NCBI RefSeq assembly: GCF_006345805.1
Contig: NW_021835548.1
Span: 1 to 39,567, forward strand
DNA: 39,567 nucleotides
Direction: 5' to 3'
Origin: Octopus sinensis
Taxonomy: Eukaryota
In this document: positions 1-11,273 of the stretch, piece after piece
Layout: every line of letters begins with the position of its first letter
How positions within the stretch are numbered: the stretch's first letter is position 1
The notes under the pieces: generated by a model
The model's database searches: none
What the model saw: the letters and a program-made list of their open reading frames with translations, nothing else
What the model was told of the DNA's origin: nothing
Made by a program: the position numbers and the translations under genes

Positions 1-673
1 CCTCCTTCATCTTCTATTGGTTCCAAGTTTCGGCACAAGACTTGTGGGAGATGTCGTTTCTCACATATCGACAACTCGAAGAATGGCACAGTTTTGGATG
101 TTATTAATAAACTGAAGGTGGGAGATGGTGAGTCGAGATACTTGCCGAAGTGGTTTAGTTTTCAAGTACTCGGCTAGGGGATCCCGAAAAGAGCAAGCAA
201 CAGTAAGTCTCCGTCCCACTTCTTTAAAACCCTTCGAACAGATAGGAATTTGATTGCTGTTTCCAGCATTCTTTTGACAAGAATGATGGCCGTTGTTCCT
301 GTGTTTCTCGTTAAGAGGAAAGCGCTAATATATATTTCGAAAATAAGTTTTCACCCGAGAGGGACGTAACGCCAGCATTTTGTTGCTACATAATGATAGA
401 GTGAGAGTATGTGACACAATGGTCACGGTGGTGTGCATACAATCGTTAGGCCAGGTATTTCACTCGAAAACCGGACGGTTCATTGTGTCCTTGTGCAAGG
501 CACAGCATTGCACGTTGCTGCTGAAGGCCGCAGGAAACTAAAACTAAGACGACTTCTTTTAGCATAGAGGGGACATTTATGTCCTCTCAGCCATTTAAAT
601 CGCTCGGAAACTGGAATAATCTGCAGCCAAATGATCGGATGCTTTTCAAGACAGACTGTATCTTTACAGACCT

Positions 674-908
674 TTAAGGCGGCGAGCTGGCAGAAACGTT
701 AGCACGCCGGGCGAAATGCTTAGCGGTATGCCGTCTGCCGCTACGTTCTGAGTTCAAATTCCGCCGAGGTCGACTTTGCCTTTCATCCTTTCGGAGTCGA
801 TTAAATAAGTACCAGTTACGCACTGGGGTCGATATAATCGACTTAATCCGTGTGTCTGTTCTTGTGTGTCCCTTCTGTGTTTAGCCCCTTGTGGGTAGTA
901 AAGAAATA
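674..908 (+). mobile_element. SINE family A (tRNA-derived head, Nin/Deu-like central domain), full length with 17-bp TSD
   Basis: A/B-box-like head (tggcagaaacgtt...gagttcaaattcc), central gcctttcatcctttcggagtcga..taagtaccag; TSD tgtatctttacagacct at 657-673 and 909-925; many other copies in the window. Confidence 0.9.
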
Positions 909-1114
909 TGTATCTTTACAGACCTGTATCTCTTTACTCAGCAGAACACTAGCAAATGAAACTGATTGTAAAACCATTTGTTTTAAGGACGATAATCTTT
1001 AAGATATCATAACATTTGCTGATATTCTGTTAGTTGTGCATTCGGAAGTACAGTAATGATACAGCTAATCGATAAATCAATTATAAATGAATCGTAAATA
1101 CTTTCTATATATTT

Positions 1115-1392
1115 CGGAAGGCCAGCAAATTAGAGAGATGGAGATGCCGATTACATCGACCCCAGTACTCGACTGGGACTTATTTTATCGACTCGAAAGG
1201 ATGAAGATCGTTAACTCAGAACCTAAAGAGCTGGCAGAAATGCCGCTATGCACTTTGTCCTATGCGATATTGAAAGGGATGAAAGGTAGAGCCAAAATCT
1301 CGACGGAATTTGAACTCGGAACGTAAATACGGACGAAATACCGTTATGCATTTTGCCCGGCGTGTTAACGATTCTGTCAGCTCAATGCCTTA
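1115..1392 (-). mobile_element. SINE family A, degenerate and rearranged copy
   Basis: Reverse-complement similarity to 674-908 (cgattacatcgaccccagt...gaatttgaactc). Confidence 0.75.
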
Positions 1393-1407
1393 GGAAATAA
1401 TGCTAAT

Positions 1408-1458
1408 TATAACAATAATGATAACAATAATAATAATAATAATAATAATATAATAATA

Positions 1459-1511
<53 letters not shown>

Positions 1512-1516
1512 GTAAT
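1408..1516. repeat. (TAA)n microsatellite
   Basis: Direct reading. Confidence 0.98.
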
Positions 1517-2431
1517 ATATTTAAGCTGCTAAAATAAGGCAAGGCAGGGGCGCAGAGAAAGCGAAGAGTATTGAGCTGTTTCGGATTAAAAGAGGAACGA
1601 TATCGAAGACAGTTTTCTGTGATGCTAAATGATGGTGCTAATAATAGGACATTAATAATAACGTGGAATTAGGCAGGGTGAGGAGCATGGGAAAGATAAC
1701 AGGATTTTGTAATTAGGATTGGACTACAAAAGGATTCTAAGGCTCAGTTTTCAGTGATGGCATGCGAAAACGCTTTGGATATCATACACTTAAGCATTTG
1801 CAATTAGATTAGTAATGAAGGGCTTGGAGAGAAGAGAGAGATAGAGAGGGAGAGAAAGAGAGATAGATGGACATACAAGAGGGACTTAGAGAGAGGGGGC
1901 AAGAGAGAATGAGAGAATGTGAAGAAACCTATTCTCACCATGCTATTAAAACCCGATCTAATGCAAAAACCCAGTATTCAATTAGCAGAATGATGGGATA
2001 TCACTTATGAAATACATTTAAGGTATTTTGAGGATTAGTAGAGAAAATAGCGCAGAAGAAAAGCCAAACATCCAGCAGCGAACCCCTGAATATATATATT
2101 GCTATCAGCAAAGGTATTCTTACTGGTAATGCCGTCCTTCTGTATTGCAAAGATATAATTGTTTTTCACTAAATAAATTGCACTTCATATTAGAGATCCC
2201 GATGAAGATAGACGACGATATTCAAGCTCTCAAATAAGAGTCCTCTGCAGCTTATAACAGAAACAGCTGTAAGGTAATGAAGTTCATAACATAACCATTG
2301 TTTATCTTGTGTCCTCACTTCTTCTTGTTACCACTCTATACTCATCTAACACTTTGTCCTGAAACATACGTATATTGAGTTCTACACCAAGTTGTCGCGC
2401 AAAGCCTAATCTATGTATATATGTATGTATG

Positions 2432-2833
2432 TACTCTTTTACTTGCTTCAGTCATTTGACTGCGGCCATGCTGGAGCACCGCCTTTAGTCGAGCAAATCG
2501 ACCCCGGGACTTATTCTTTGTTAGCCCAGTACTTATTCTATCGGTCTCTTTTGCCGAACCGCTAAGTGACGGGGACGTAAACACACCAGCATCGGTTGTC
2601 AAGCAATGCTAGGGGGACAAACACAGACACACAAACATACACGCACACATATATAAATATACATATATACGACGGGCTTCTTTCAGTTTCCGTCTACCAA
2701 ATCCACTCACAAGGCTTTGGTCGGCCCGAGGCTATAGTAGAAGAAACTTGCCCAAGGTGCCACGTAGTGGGACTGAACCGGGAACCATGTGGTTGATAAA
2801 CAAGCTACTTACCACACAGCCACTCCTGCGCCT
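2432..2833 (-). mobile_element. SINE family B (tRNA-like head, CORE-like ccttgggcaag segment, internal TA/TG microsatellite, conserved 3' part), full length
   Basis: Reverse complement matches 23686-24150 along its length. Confidence 0.9.
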
Positions 2834-2893
2834 ATGTATGTATGTATGTATGTATGTATGTATGTATGTGTATATATTTATATATATATATAT

Positions 2894-3275
2894 ACTAGCA
2901 GTATCGCCCGGCGTTGCTCAGTTTGTAAGGGAAATAAATAAAAGCATTTTTAGAGAGTTATAGCCAAAAAATAGCAAAAAATGGGAAAAAAATGATGGTA
3001 AATTTTTTTGAGTTAAAAAAGGTGGAGTGGAGTGCGTCCCCTACGGTCTGTGGTTTTTGTTTCTGATTCTCGACCCCATGTCGAATTTATCGATTTTTTT
3101 CAGAACTGGGGAAACTTTTCAAAATTTTCGCTGCGTTAGTTTTGAATTATGACATTGGGCTATGTGTGTGTCAAGTTTCATCAGAATTGGTTGAAAGCCG
3201 TGGTCAGGGTGAGGGTACGAGGAGAAAACAGACACACAGAAAACGCCATAGACATAAACTGCGTTTATATAAGAT
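2894..3275 (+). mobile_element. Non-autonomous Helitron/HINE-like element in a TA tract
   Basis: 5' tactagcagtatcgcccggcgttgctc, internal tgtcaagtttcatcagaattgg, 3' acagacacacag...tttatataagata. This layout recalls invertebrate Helitron-N elements (recognition, not searched). Confidence 0.55.
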
Positions 3276-3632
3276 ATATATATATATATAGTATATATAT
3301 ATATATATACGAAGTCGCGTCTTGCCCTTGCCTTCGGAACGTGGAGTAGTTGACACAGAGACAATTGAAGAAGGGGAATATTATTTGTTGTATGTCTCGT
3401 TTCTCTATTGTTGTTTTTTCGTTGTCCATAAAAATTTTCGTTTCTATGTTTTTGTATTTACATTTTCGTTTCTCATTGTGCCCAACGTTTTTTTTTATGT
3501 TCTGTACCCATACATGTATGTATATATACATATATATATATGTACTTTATTTAAAGCAGCAGAAAATTCAACAAAACCTGTTATTCTGAGTTTCCCGTTG
3601 CCGTTCATCGGACAGTTTTTGCTAGTTTTTGC

Positions 3633-3672
<40 letters not shown>

Positions 3673-3967
3673 ATCATATATATAGGTATGTACATATATG
3701 TAAGTATATATGTATATATTTATATATTATTTATATTATTATATGATCGAACGCCACGCATCCCTTTTCAAGTAGATATATATATATACGACGTGCTTTC
3801 CATCATCCAAATCCACACACAAGGGTTTGGTCGGCCCGATGCTATATTAGAAGACAGTTGCCCGCCTTCAAATCTGGTAAAACATCTTCACAAGACCATA
3901 TATGTTGGAGCAAATAATGTATCAAAAAACAAAGCTATCCCTGCTATACACAGATTCATAAATATAT

Positions 3968-3968
3968 G

Positions 3969-4040
<72 letters not shown>
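3968..4040. repeat. (TGCG)n microsatellite
   Basis: Direct reading. Confidence 0.98.
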
Positions 4041-4041
<1 letters not shown>

Positions 4042-4237
4042 GTGTTTGTGTTTGCATGCGAGAGTGTGTGCGTGTGAAGAAAGGAAATTTAAGAGACGTA
4101 ATGACCAGGTGCTATTTCGCCAGTTTTAGGCAATATAAATAAACTACTTCAAAGACACCGAGTGCATTTTCAATTTCTTTATACTTCCAATTTTGTGTAA
4201 ATATAAACATGTTTATAAATATAAAATACATTAACAT

Positions 4238-4344
4238 TTATATATATATATATATATAGATAGATAGATAGATAGATATAGATAGAGATAGATAGATATA
4301 CATATATGTCTATATACATATATATATATATATATATAACATAT

Positions 4345-4385
<41 letters not shown>

Positions 4386-4386
4386 A

Positions 4387-4422
<36 letters not shown>

Positions 4423-4435
4423 AATATTATACAAT

Positions 4436-4492
<57 letters not shown>

Positions 4493-4600
4493 CATATATA
4501 CAATAATATAACATATATATATATGTATACATGTATATAAACATATAGAGAGACAGACAGACAGACAGACAGAGACACAGTGAGAGAGAAAGAGAGAGAT
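4238..4600. repeat. Compound (TA)n/(GATA)n/(GACA)n/(GA)n tract immediately 3' of the homeobox stop codon
   Basis: Direct reading. Confidence 0.95.
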
Positions 4601-4601
4601 A

Positions 4602-4741
4602 TCAAGAATGAGAGGATCTTCCGGAAGCTGTTTCCTGTCGATGTACTGGGCAGAATTGCTTCGGGTCAATCCCGAACGGAAACCAGGGACGATAAACCTG
4701 TACACATTTGAAAGAAACAGGAACCAACGAACTACTAAGAC

Positions 4742-4772
<31 letters not shown>

Positions 4773-5101
4773 GTCGTTGTCGTCGTCGTCATCATCATCA
4801 ACTTTGTCTTCATTGTGATCGCCTGTTTTAGATGACAGCCAATCAGGAAGCGTTTTACAATTCCGAATTGGCAAGTTGTGTCGAAATGTGTTTCCTTTTT
4901 TCTTCGATTTTGCTCGTCGATTTTGAAACCAAATACGAATCTGTTTGTCACTAAGGCCAGTTCGTTTGACCAGTTTTTTCCGGGTTTCGCCTGAACAAAA
5001 CCGTTCCCTATTGTAAGAGGCTTCCAGTAATTCCAGTTGAAAGGGTAAATACGGTTGCCGAAACGGTTTCGCTTGATCTCTTTGTGGTATCTCCTTGGAA
5101 T
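4602..5101 (-). CDS. Homeobox gene, terminal exon with complete homeodomain (5072-4893) and poly-Asp tract
   Basis: Acceptor ccttccttatcatttgctctttttgcag|. Phase-1 translation gives AKPFRQPYLPFQLELLEASYNRERFCSGETRKKLVKRTGLSDKQIRIWFQNRRAKSKKKG, with R5, Y8, Q12, L13, L16, E17, R31, L34, L40, W48, F49, Q50, N51, R53. It continues into track ORF 4602-4874 and ends at TGA 4604-4602. Confidence 0.92.
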
Positions 5102-5218
5102 CTGCAAAAAGAGCAAATGATAAGGAAGGTAAAGTTTAATAAAAATAGCACACACAATAAATATGCCAGAATTTTGTGGGGACGGGAAATCGATTACATC
5201 GACTTCACTGATCAACCA

Positions 5219-5781
5219 CGAGGGTGAGTCAAAAAGTAATGCCATTTTGTTTAGGTGAGGTATAATTACCAACACAGGTAAATGTATCATACATAAAAAT
5301 GAAGCTTATTATGAGTTTATTGTTTTTTTCCTTTTGGCAAGAAATCGACCGGAATGACACCTTGAGCATCCCAAAAGATGTCGCCATGATTTTTTCCAGC
5401 TGACTTTTGTGTCTTGAACTTTTTCGGTGGTGGTGACTTGGAGTGGCGCCATTCCATTGACTGCCTCTGTGATTCCGGTTCATAATGATGAACCCATGTT
5501 TCATCACCTGTTACGAGCCTTCGAAAGAAGGTGTTATCTCTTTGATTTTGTAATGAAGAAATGGCTCAAAGTACAGTTAACAGCATTTTACGGGACAGGG
5601 ATACATGCTCTCATTCGAAGGTGGAACGTTGCTATTGAGACAGACGGTGACTATGTTGAGAAGTAGGGATGTGATCGACAGTGGACCAGCTTCATTTTGA
5701 TGTATGACACATTTTGACACATGTTCCTGTGTCAGTAATTATACCTGTCCTAAACAAAATGGCATTACTTTTTGACTCACC
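5219..5781. mobile_element. Internally deleted and rearranged mariner element with both TIRs
   Basis: TIR ggtgagtcaaaaagtaatgccattttgtttagg / cctaaacaaaatggcattactttttgactcacc. The minus strand encodes TGDETWVHHYEPESQRQSMEW; the plus strand encodes the C-terminus RWNVAIETDGDYVEK*. Confidence 0.9.
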
Positions 5782-6407
5782 GGTTCGAGCGTGCCTGAAG
5801 CGTATTCGGTCTGATAATAACATAACAACTAATACTTATTTTACCAGCCCAGGAAGGCTGAAATGCAAAGTCATCTTCAGCGGTATTCGAACTCAGTATG
5901 TAAATAGACGAAAGAAATGTGTTTAAGCATTATATTCATGCTAACTCACTGTATTCTTCCAGTCCTAGCTATTCGCATTTAAACTATCTCCTATCATTAT
6001 AATCCATTGGAGTCTTGCAATAATTTAAACCCCCAAGCGAGACCATCAACAGTAAAAGAATCTTAACGAGTACCAGGAATTCTTTCCCGATATCGAAGAA
6101 GGAATCGATAATCGTGACAACGGTATTGTTTTGCTTTTCGTTTTTCCTATAGTCATTCATATAAGTCGATTTTCTACTGTATTGACCGTTTACCAGAATC
6201 GTCCGAAGTGAAAGAACTGGCAACGTGCTCATGATGTTGTTACCGGTCAAAAATCTTGTAACTACAGCTGGTTCGTCCTCGAATTCTTACTTGAAAGCAA
6301 GAGAAATGCTGTCACCTATGGCGTTAATGTCACCATATTTCAATCCAGGTTTCTATATAAATGTACTAACAACAGTTTAATGCTGTTTACAAAGCTATTT
6401 ACATTCA

Positions 6408-7010
6408 GGGGTGGCTGTGGGGTACGAAGTATTTTTCCTAATCACATGAATCCAGGTTTAGTCCCACTGCGTGTCGCCTTGAGCATGTGTCTTCTACTAT
6501 AGCCCCGGCCTGACTAAAGCCTTGTCAATGGATTTTGGGTAACGAAAACTAACTAACACACACACACACGCATACATTACGCACACACACAGACGCATAC
6601 ACGCACACACACAAGAGGACTCATACACACACACACATAAACACACACACACACGCAAGAGAACTTACATACATACACAAACACACACATTCACACAAGA
6701 GGACTCATATACGCACGTACAAACACACAAACACAAATGCATACACACACACTCGTGTGTGTGTGTGTGTGTGCATGCCATTGTGTTTGTGTTTAATCCC
6801 CTCATCCAGTATTGGTTTATTTACATTCCTGCAATTTAGCAGTTCACCAAAACAGAGCCAGATTGTATAACAGATTTTAAAATTATATATATATATAAAT
6901 TATGTTTCTATGTATGTATACGGGGGACCGCTTGCTTGACGAAGGCTCTCGAGGTGGTGCACCAGCATGGCCGAGAAGACTAATGACTGAAGCTCATAAC
7001 AGATAAAGGA
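6408..7010 (+). mobile_element. SINE family B, degenerate, with expanded internal CA microsatellite
   Basis: Head gtggctgtgg...gtcccactgcgtg and 3' part ggtggtgcaccagcatggcc...tgactgaa. Confidence 0.75.
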
Positions 7011-7072
7011 TCAAAAATTAAAGCAAAATCGAAGAAGCGGCAATATAAACAGATGCAGCGAAGTATATTTAC

Positions 7073-7267
7073 CCGAGGACGAAGCAGAGGCCGTCGTTAA
7101 TGGAGGGGATGGTGTTGTTCCTGCTGCAGCTGTTGAAGATAATGACGGCGGGGTGTTTGACGGGACTGGATTACTGCACAACGGTGTCGTCTTGTCCAAC
7201 CCACCCGTATGTAACTTATCAATATTTACATTCACACAGGTACGTCCATCCATTTCGTATTCTTCAT
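7073..7267 (-). CDS. Homeobox gene, coding exon 4 (DEEYEMDGRTCVN...TTASASSS; low-complexity S/T/P/A)
   Basis: Strong acceptor tttttttctctccttaacacag|, donor TCGG|gtaaat, 195 nt, phase 1/1, open frame (track ORF 7011-7253). Confidence 0.75.
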
Positions 7268-7388
7268 CTGTGTTAAGGAGAGAAAAAAGGGATAGCGTGA
7301 TGGCCCTTTATATTTCAAACATGGATGCAAATTGTGGGTAGGGGTCACAACAACAGTGGGGGTGCTGTTGATATAAGCAAGGTGGGGC

Positions 7389-7707
7389 CGTTGAAATTAA
7401 TTGAATATAGGCGCAGGCGTGGCTGTGTGGTAAGAAGTTTTCTTCCCAATCACATGGTTCCGGGTTCAGTCCTACTGCTTGTCCCTTGGGCAAATGTCTT
7501 TTATAACAGCCTCAGGCTGACCAGAGCGATGTGAGTGAATTTGGTGGTAAACGGACACTGAAAGAAACCTGATGTATGTGTGTGTGTAATTGTGTACTTG
7601 ACAACCAGTGTTAATGTATTTACACCCGTGATTCTTTTAACTAAAAATCCTTTAAGGCGCTGCCCCGCATGACCGCAATCATACATGCATATATATATAT
7701 ATATAAT

Positions 7708-7741
<34 letters not shown>

Positions 7742-7920
7742 CATATATACATACCTACATATATGCATATATGCATACAGACAGACACGGAGAGCTTCTT
7801 TTAGTTTCCGTCTACCAAATCCACTCTCAAATTATTGATCGTCCCGTCGATATAGTAGAAGACACTCGTGGCGCAAGGTGCCACGCAACAAACTTCTTAC
7901 TACACACATATGGTGCGCCT
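7389..7920. mobile_element. Inverted pair of SINE family B copies (+ at about 7410-7680, - at about 7790-7920)
   Basis: Plus copy ggcgcaggcgtggctgtgtggtaagaag...; minus copy ttagtttccgtctaccaaatccactc...gcgcct. Confidence 0.8.
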
Positions 7921-7964
7921 ATTTAAAGAAAAAAAAATCAAATAATTAATATAAATTCATTTAC

Positions 7965-8752
7965 CTGCATTTATGGAATATTCTGGTTCCATTCTGATGA
8001 TAGGTTGCCGTGTTCGAGTACAATCCGGGGGCCCACTCCTAATTGATATGGGCATATGTGAATTGAATGGTCTTTGAGAGATATTTCTAAAAACGGTCAC
8101 GTTTGGTTCATTTTCCATTTGCATAAAACGGCTGCAATCCGGAAGAGAGTTAGTGTTTAAAAAATGTCCAGACTTGCAACTCTGCGTTTGGGTATCAAAA
8201 TTTAAAAATTTTAACTGACAATCCCTGTAGGGTTCGTATTTCTATGGGTTTTGAGGAATCTTGGAAAACTATAAACTTTCTCATTTTCGTTGCTGTAATC
8301 CATAACGGAAGTTTCATGTCCAGGGAGATTTTTCTCAGAATCGAAAGAAGCGGTGCAAAAATTTGGTTCGAAATCTTCACAGGTAGTATTTCCTGAGAAA
8401 ACAGCATCGCTGAGAGTCTTTCCATTCGAATAACAGTCAAAAATATTGCGCTGGAAATTAGACGGAATAGTTGAAGCCGTTGAGTTTATCATAGCTGTGC
8501 GATAACAGTACGAACGACGAAAAATCTCTTCATAATTACGGGGTTCTTTTGTCGTGGCGGGTTGCAATCGAAGTTCAGGAGATACATTTGATGTAACACG
8601 AGAAAAAGAAGTTGCCTTATCTTCCTTTTGTTTGTCATCCGATGGACGAGTGCTGTCATACTGCAATTCACGGGGGAATGGTTGTGACCGTGTGAACATA
8701 ACCGGGTAGTTTGGATACTGGTCATCCAGTGGTAAGAAAGATGAAGTGGTAG
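7965..8752 (-). CDS. Homeobox gene, coding exon 3 (Ser/Thr/Pro-rich), with a frame disruption near 8180-8245
   Basis: Acceptor ttttttccatccactcccattacag| is in phase with exon 2; donor GCAG|gtaaat is in phase with exon 4. Length 788 nt (mod 3 = 2): the first frame stops at TAA 8213-8211 and a second frame is open from about 8243 to the donor. Confidence 0.65.
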
Positions 8753-8981
8753 CTGTAATGGGAGTGGATGGAAAAAAAAGCACGTTCAATTTTAGCGAGA
8801 AACAAGGTTTAAATTTTTAAGAAAAGTGCGCAAAGACGATTTGATACAGGTTATATCAGCAGAGTAAATTTGAACTAACCAAATGCTACATTAAAATCTG
8901 GGCTAGGAATACACACATCACGCACGCACACAGGCACACAAACACACACGTGTGTGCATAAATAGATAGACAGACATACAT

Positions 8982-9014
<33 letters not shown>

Positions 9015-9098
9015 TAGACAGACAGACAGATAGATAGATAGATAGATAGATAGAGAGATAGAGAGATAAATAGATATTTACTGCATATGTAAACAAAC

Positions 9099-9155
<57 letters not shown>

Positions 9156-9177
9156 TGTGTTTGTGTCTGTGTGTGTG

Positions 9178-9267
9178 TCCCACTGCGAGTCTTCCATAAT
9201 AGCCTCTAGCCTACCAAAACCTTGTGAGTGGATTTTGTAGCCGGAAGCTGAAAGAAGCGCGTTGCTT

Positions 9268-9324
<57 letters not shown>

Positions 9325-9570
9325 GTGGTGTGTGTATATATGTATGTATATGTGTGTATATGTGTGTGTGTGTCATTGTTTGTGTCAGTGCATGTCCCCC
9401 AACATTGCTTGACAACCGATGTTGGTATGTTTATGTCCCCGTAACTGCGATCCATAGAATATGTACTAGGCTTAGAAAGAATAAGTGTTGCGGTTTACTC
9501 GTTGAGGTTCACTTGTTAAGGTTCACTCCAGCATGGCCGCAGCCAAATTACTGAAACAAGTAAAGGAATA
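9178..9570 (+). mobile_element. SINE family B, 5'-truncated, ending about 10 nt from the exon 2 donor
   Basis: ccttgtgagtggatttt...ttgacaaccgatgttggt...ccagcatggccgcag...ctgaaacaagtaaa. Confidence 0.8.
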
Positions 9571-9579
9571 TATGTATAC

Positions 9580-9838
9580 CTTGCGTAGAATGCCGATGGA
9601 TGTTGAAGTCTTCTTTCCAGTCAGGAAATCCGTTTGAAGCAGGCAGCATGTTCAATCTCTCCGTTGGTTGTCTTTGATTCTGATCTTGAACTAAAGAATT
9701 TTCTGTCGATATTTCCAACGTAGAATCAGCATCGCACACCTGATAATTCTGGTCGGTATCGATATTGTTCCAAGTTATATTTGATATCAACGCTCCTGTG
9801 TCTGACATTTTGCTTTCGTTATATAGAATGGTTCTTTC
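9580..9838 (-). CDS. Homeobox gene, coding exon 2 (ERTILYNESKMSDTG...RHSTQ); alternative ATG at 9808
   Basis: Non-repetitive open frame (within track ORF 9548-9934). Acceptor cctcttcgcaataag| and donor CAAG|gtatac, phase 1 end. Confidence 0.7.
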
Positions 9839-9944
9839 CTTATTGCGAAGAGGTATAAAGAAAATACATTTCATATAATTAGACAAAAAAAAACATATAA
9901 TACAAAAATTCAAATTAAATACAGATGGTTTCAAATTTTATCAC

Positions 9945-10140
9945 AAGGTCAGCAATTTCGGAGGAAAGGTTTAGGTCGGTTACATCGACACCAGTTCACT
10001 ACTGGTAATTATTTTTAGACCCCGAAAATATGAAAGGTAGAGTTGATGTCGGTAGAACTTGAACTCACAACGTAGTGCCAGACGAAAAGACGCTAAGTAG
10101 TTTATCCCGCAACGCTAACGACTCGGCCATTTCCTCACTT
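9945..10140 (-). mobile_element. SINE family A copy in the homeobox gene intron
   Basis: ttacatcgacaccagt...cccgaaa...gaacttgaactcacaacgt...gctaacg. Confidence 0.75.
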
Positions 10141-10186
10141 TAATAAATAAGTAATGATATCTGTTATAATAATAATAATAATAATA

Positions 10187-10256
<70 letters not shown>

Positions 10257-10257
<1 letters not shown>

Positions 10258-10472
10258 GTGAAGGTGCTGAAGGGTTTCTGGCTTTAAATGTGTAGCGAAA
10301 GGCCTGATTAGAGGCCCACCTTTCTAAGTTCTCTTACAAGGATTAGAAAAACTGAAGGACCGCTAAACATAAGTGTGCGAATGTGAGAGAGTAATATGTT
10401 GAACAAAATTATGGTTAACTGACACTCCTCTGTTTATTTTTAACCAAAGCGAGGACCTTTTCACCACCCCTC

Positions 10473-10473
<1 letters not shown>
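10257..10473. mobile_element. Mariner-type MITE (about 215 bp)
   Basis: Imperfect TIRs ggtgctgaagggtttctggcttt / aaagcgaggaccttttcaccacccctc, TA flanks; homologous to 10871-11076. Confidence 0.7.
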
Positions 10474-10514
<41 letters not shown>

Positions 10515-10685
10515 TGAATAAATGGAGTTTAACGCAGGTGTAAATCAAATATTTTCACTTTCGACACGTTTCGAAAATTCCACTGATACTATTCAAAAGA
10601 ATAAATGGTATAAACAATGGTATTTTTTCCGTGTTAATTGTTAACAAGGTAAAAATACACTCAGCTATTTATATATATATAATAT

Positions 10686-10735
<50 letters not shown>

Positions 10736-10805
10736 TATACATACATACATACATACATACATACATACATACATACATACATGCATACATACATACATAG
10801 ATACA

Positions 10806-10836
<31 letters not shown>

Positions 10837-10870
10837 CATACATACATACATACATACATGCATACATACA

Positions 10871-11076
10871 CGAGGGGTGGTGAAAAGTTCCTGGCTATAA
10901 AGGTATCGAGAATGACCTGCTTCAATGCCCAAACTTTTCAGTTCTTTAACAAGGCTCAGAATAATTGAAGGACTGCAGAAAATAAGTGAGAGAGGAAAAT
11001 GTTGAATAAAATCACTGTTTACTCTTACTCCAGCTCTTATTTTTAACGAAGCCAGGACCTTTTCAGCACCCTCTCA
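10871..11076. mobile_element. Mariner-type MITE, second copy
   Basis: TIRs cgaggggtggtgaaaagttcctggct / agccaggaccttttcagcaccctctc. Confidence 0.8.
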
Positions 11077-11201
11077 TAGCCTCAGATAATGTAACAAGCA
11101 AATGAATAGATGCATTCTAGTATATACAGAGATAACTGAATAAAAATAATTTTTAAAATACACTATTCCGACAACATATTTGTCTTAATTATAATATATA
11201 C

Positions 11202-11273
11202 CTTATCGTTTGAGTTGGTTTCTGTTATATCAAAGTCGGCAAAAAGGATGGCATTACAAATTCGCCTTTTCAT
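11202..11273 (-). CDS. Homeobox gene, coding exon 1 (exon 11301-11202; ATG at 11273; MKRRICNAILFADFDITETNSNDK)
   Basis: Acceptor tatttgtag| at 11302/11301, in-frame TGA upstream of the ATG inside the exon, donor AAG|gtatat at 11202/11201. The 72 coding nt end in phase 0 and join exon 2 in frame. Confidence 0.55.

Noticed and set aside
678-765. tRNA gene candidates at SINE heads
   Set aside because: They run directly into SINE bodies and lack a full cloverleaf or poly-T terminator.
3322-4544. YIYI, CVCV, HTHT and LSIY-type ORFs here and across the window
   Set aside because: Di- and tetranucleotide repeats lack stops in some frames, so these are not genes.
4427-5290. 287-aa minus-strand ORF in the track
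   Set aside because: It starts inside a mariner remnant, runs out of frame through the homeobox exon and ends in microsatellite. The real coding frame is the shifted one.
7190-7255. DGRTCVN...TTPL resembles the start of a GATA zinc finger
   Set aside because: The CxxC-x17-CxxC cysteines and the WRR motif are missing.
7153-7341. Plus-strand ORF with a cag|gtacgt donor
   Set aside because: It is the antisense shadow of homeobox exon 4, and no compatible plus-strand exon chain was found.
8131-8219. Alternative intron of about 88 nt using a CACTAAC branch point and tgcag acceptor
   Set aside because: With the 8219 donor it leads to a stop within eight codons and does not restore the frame.
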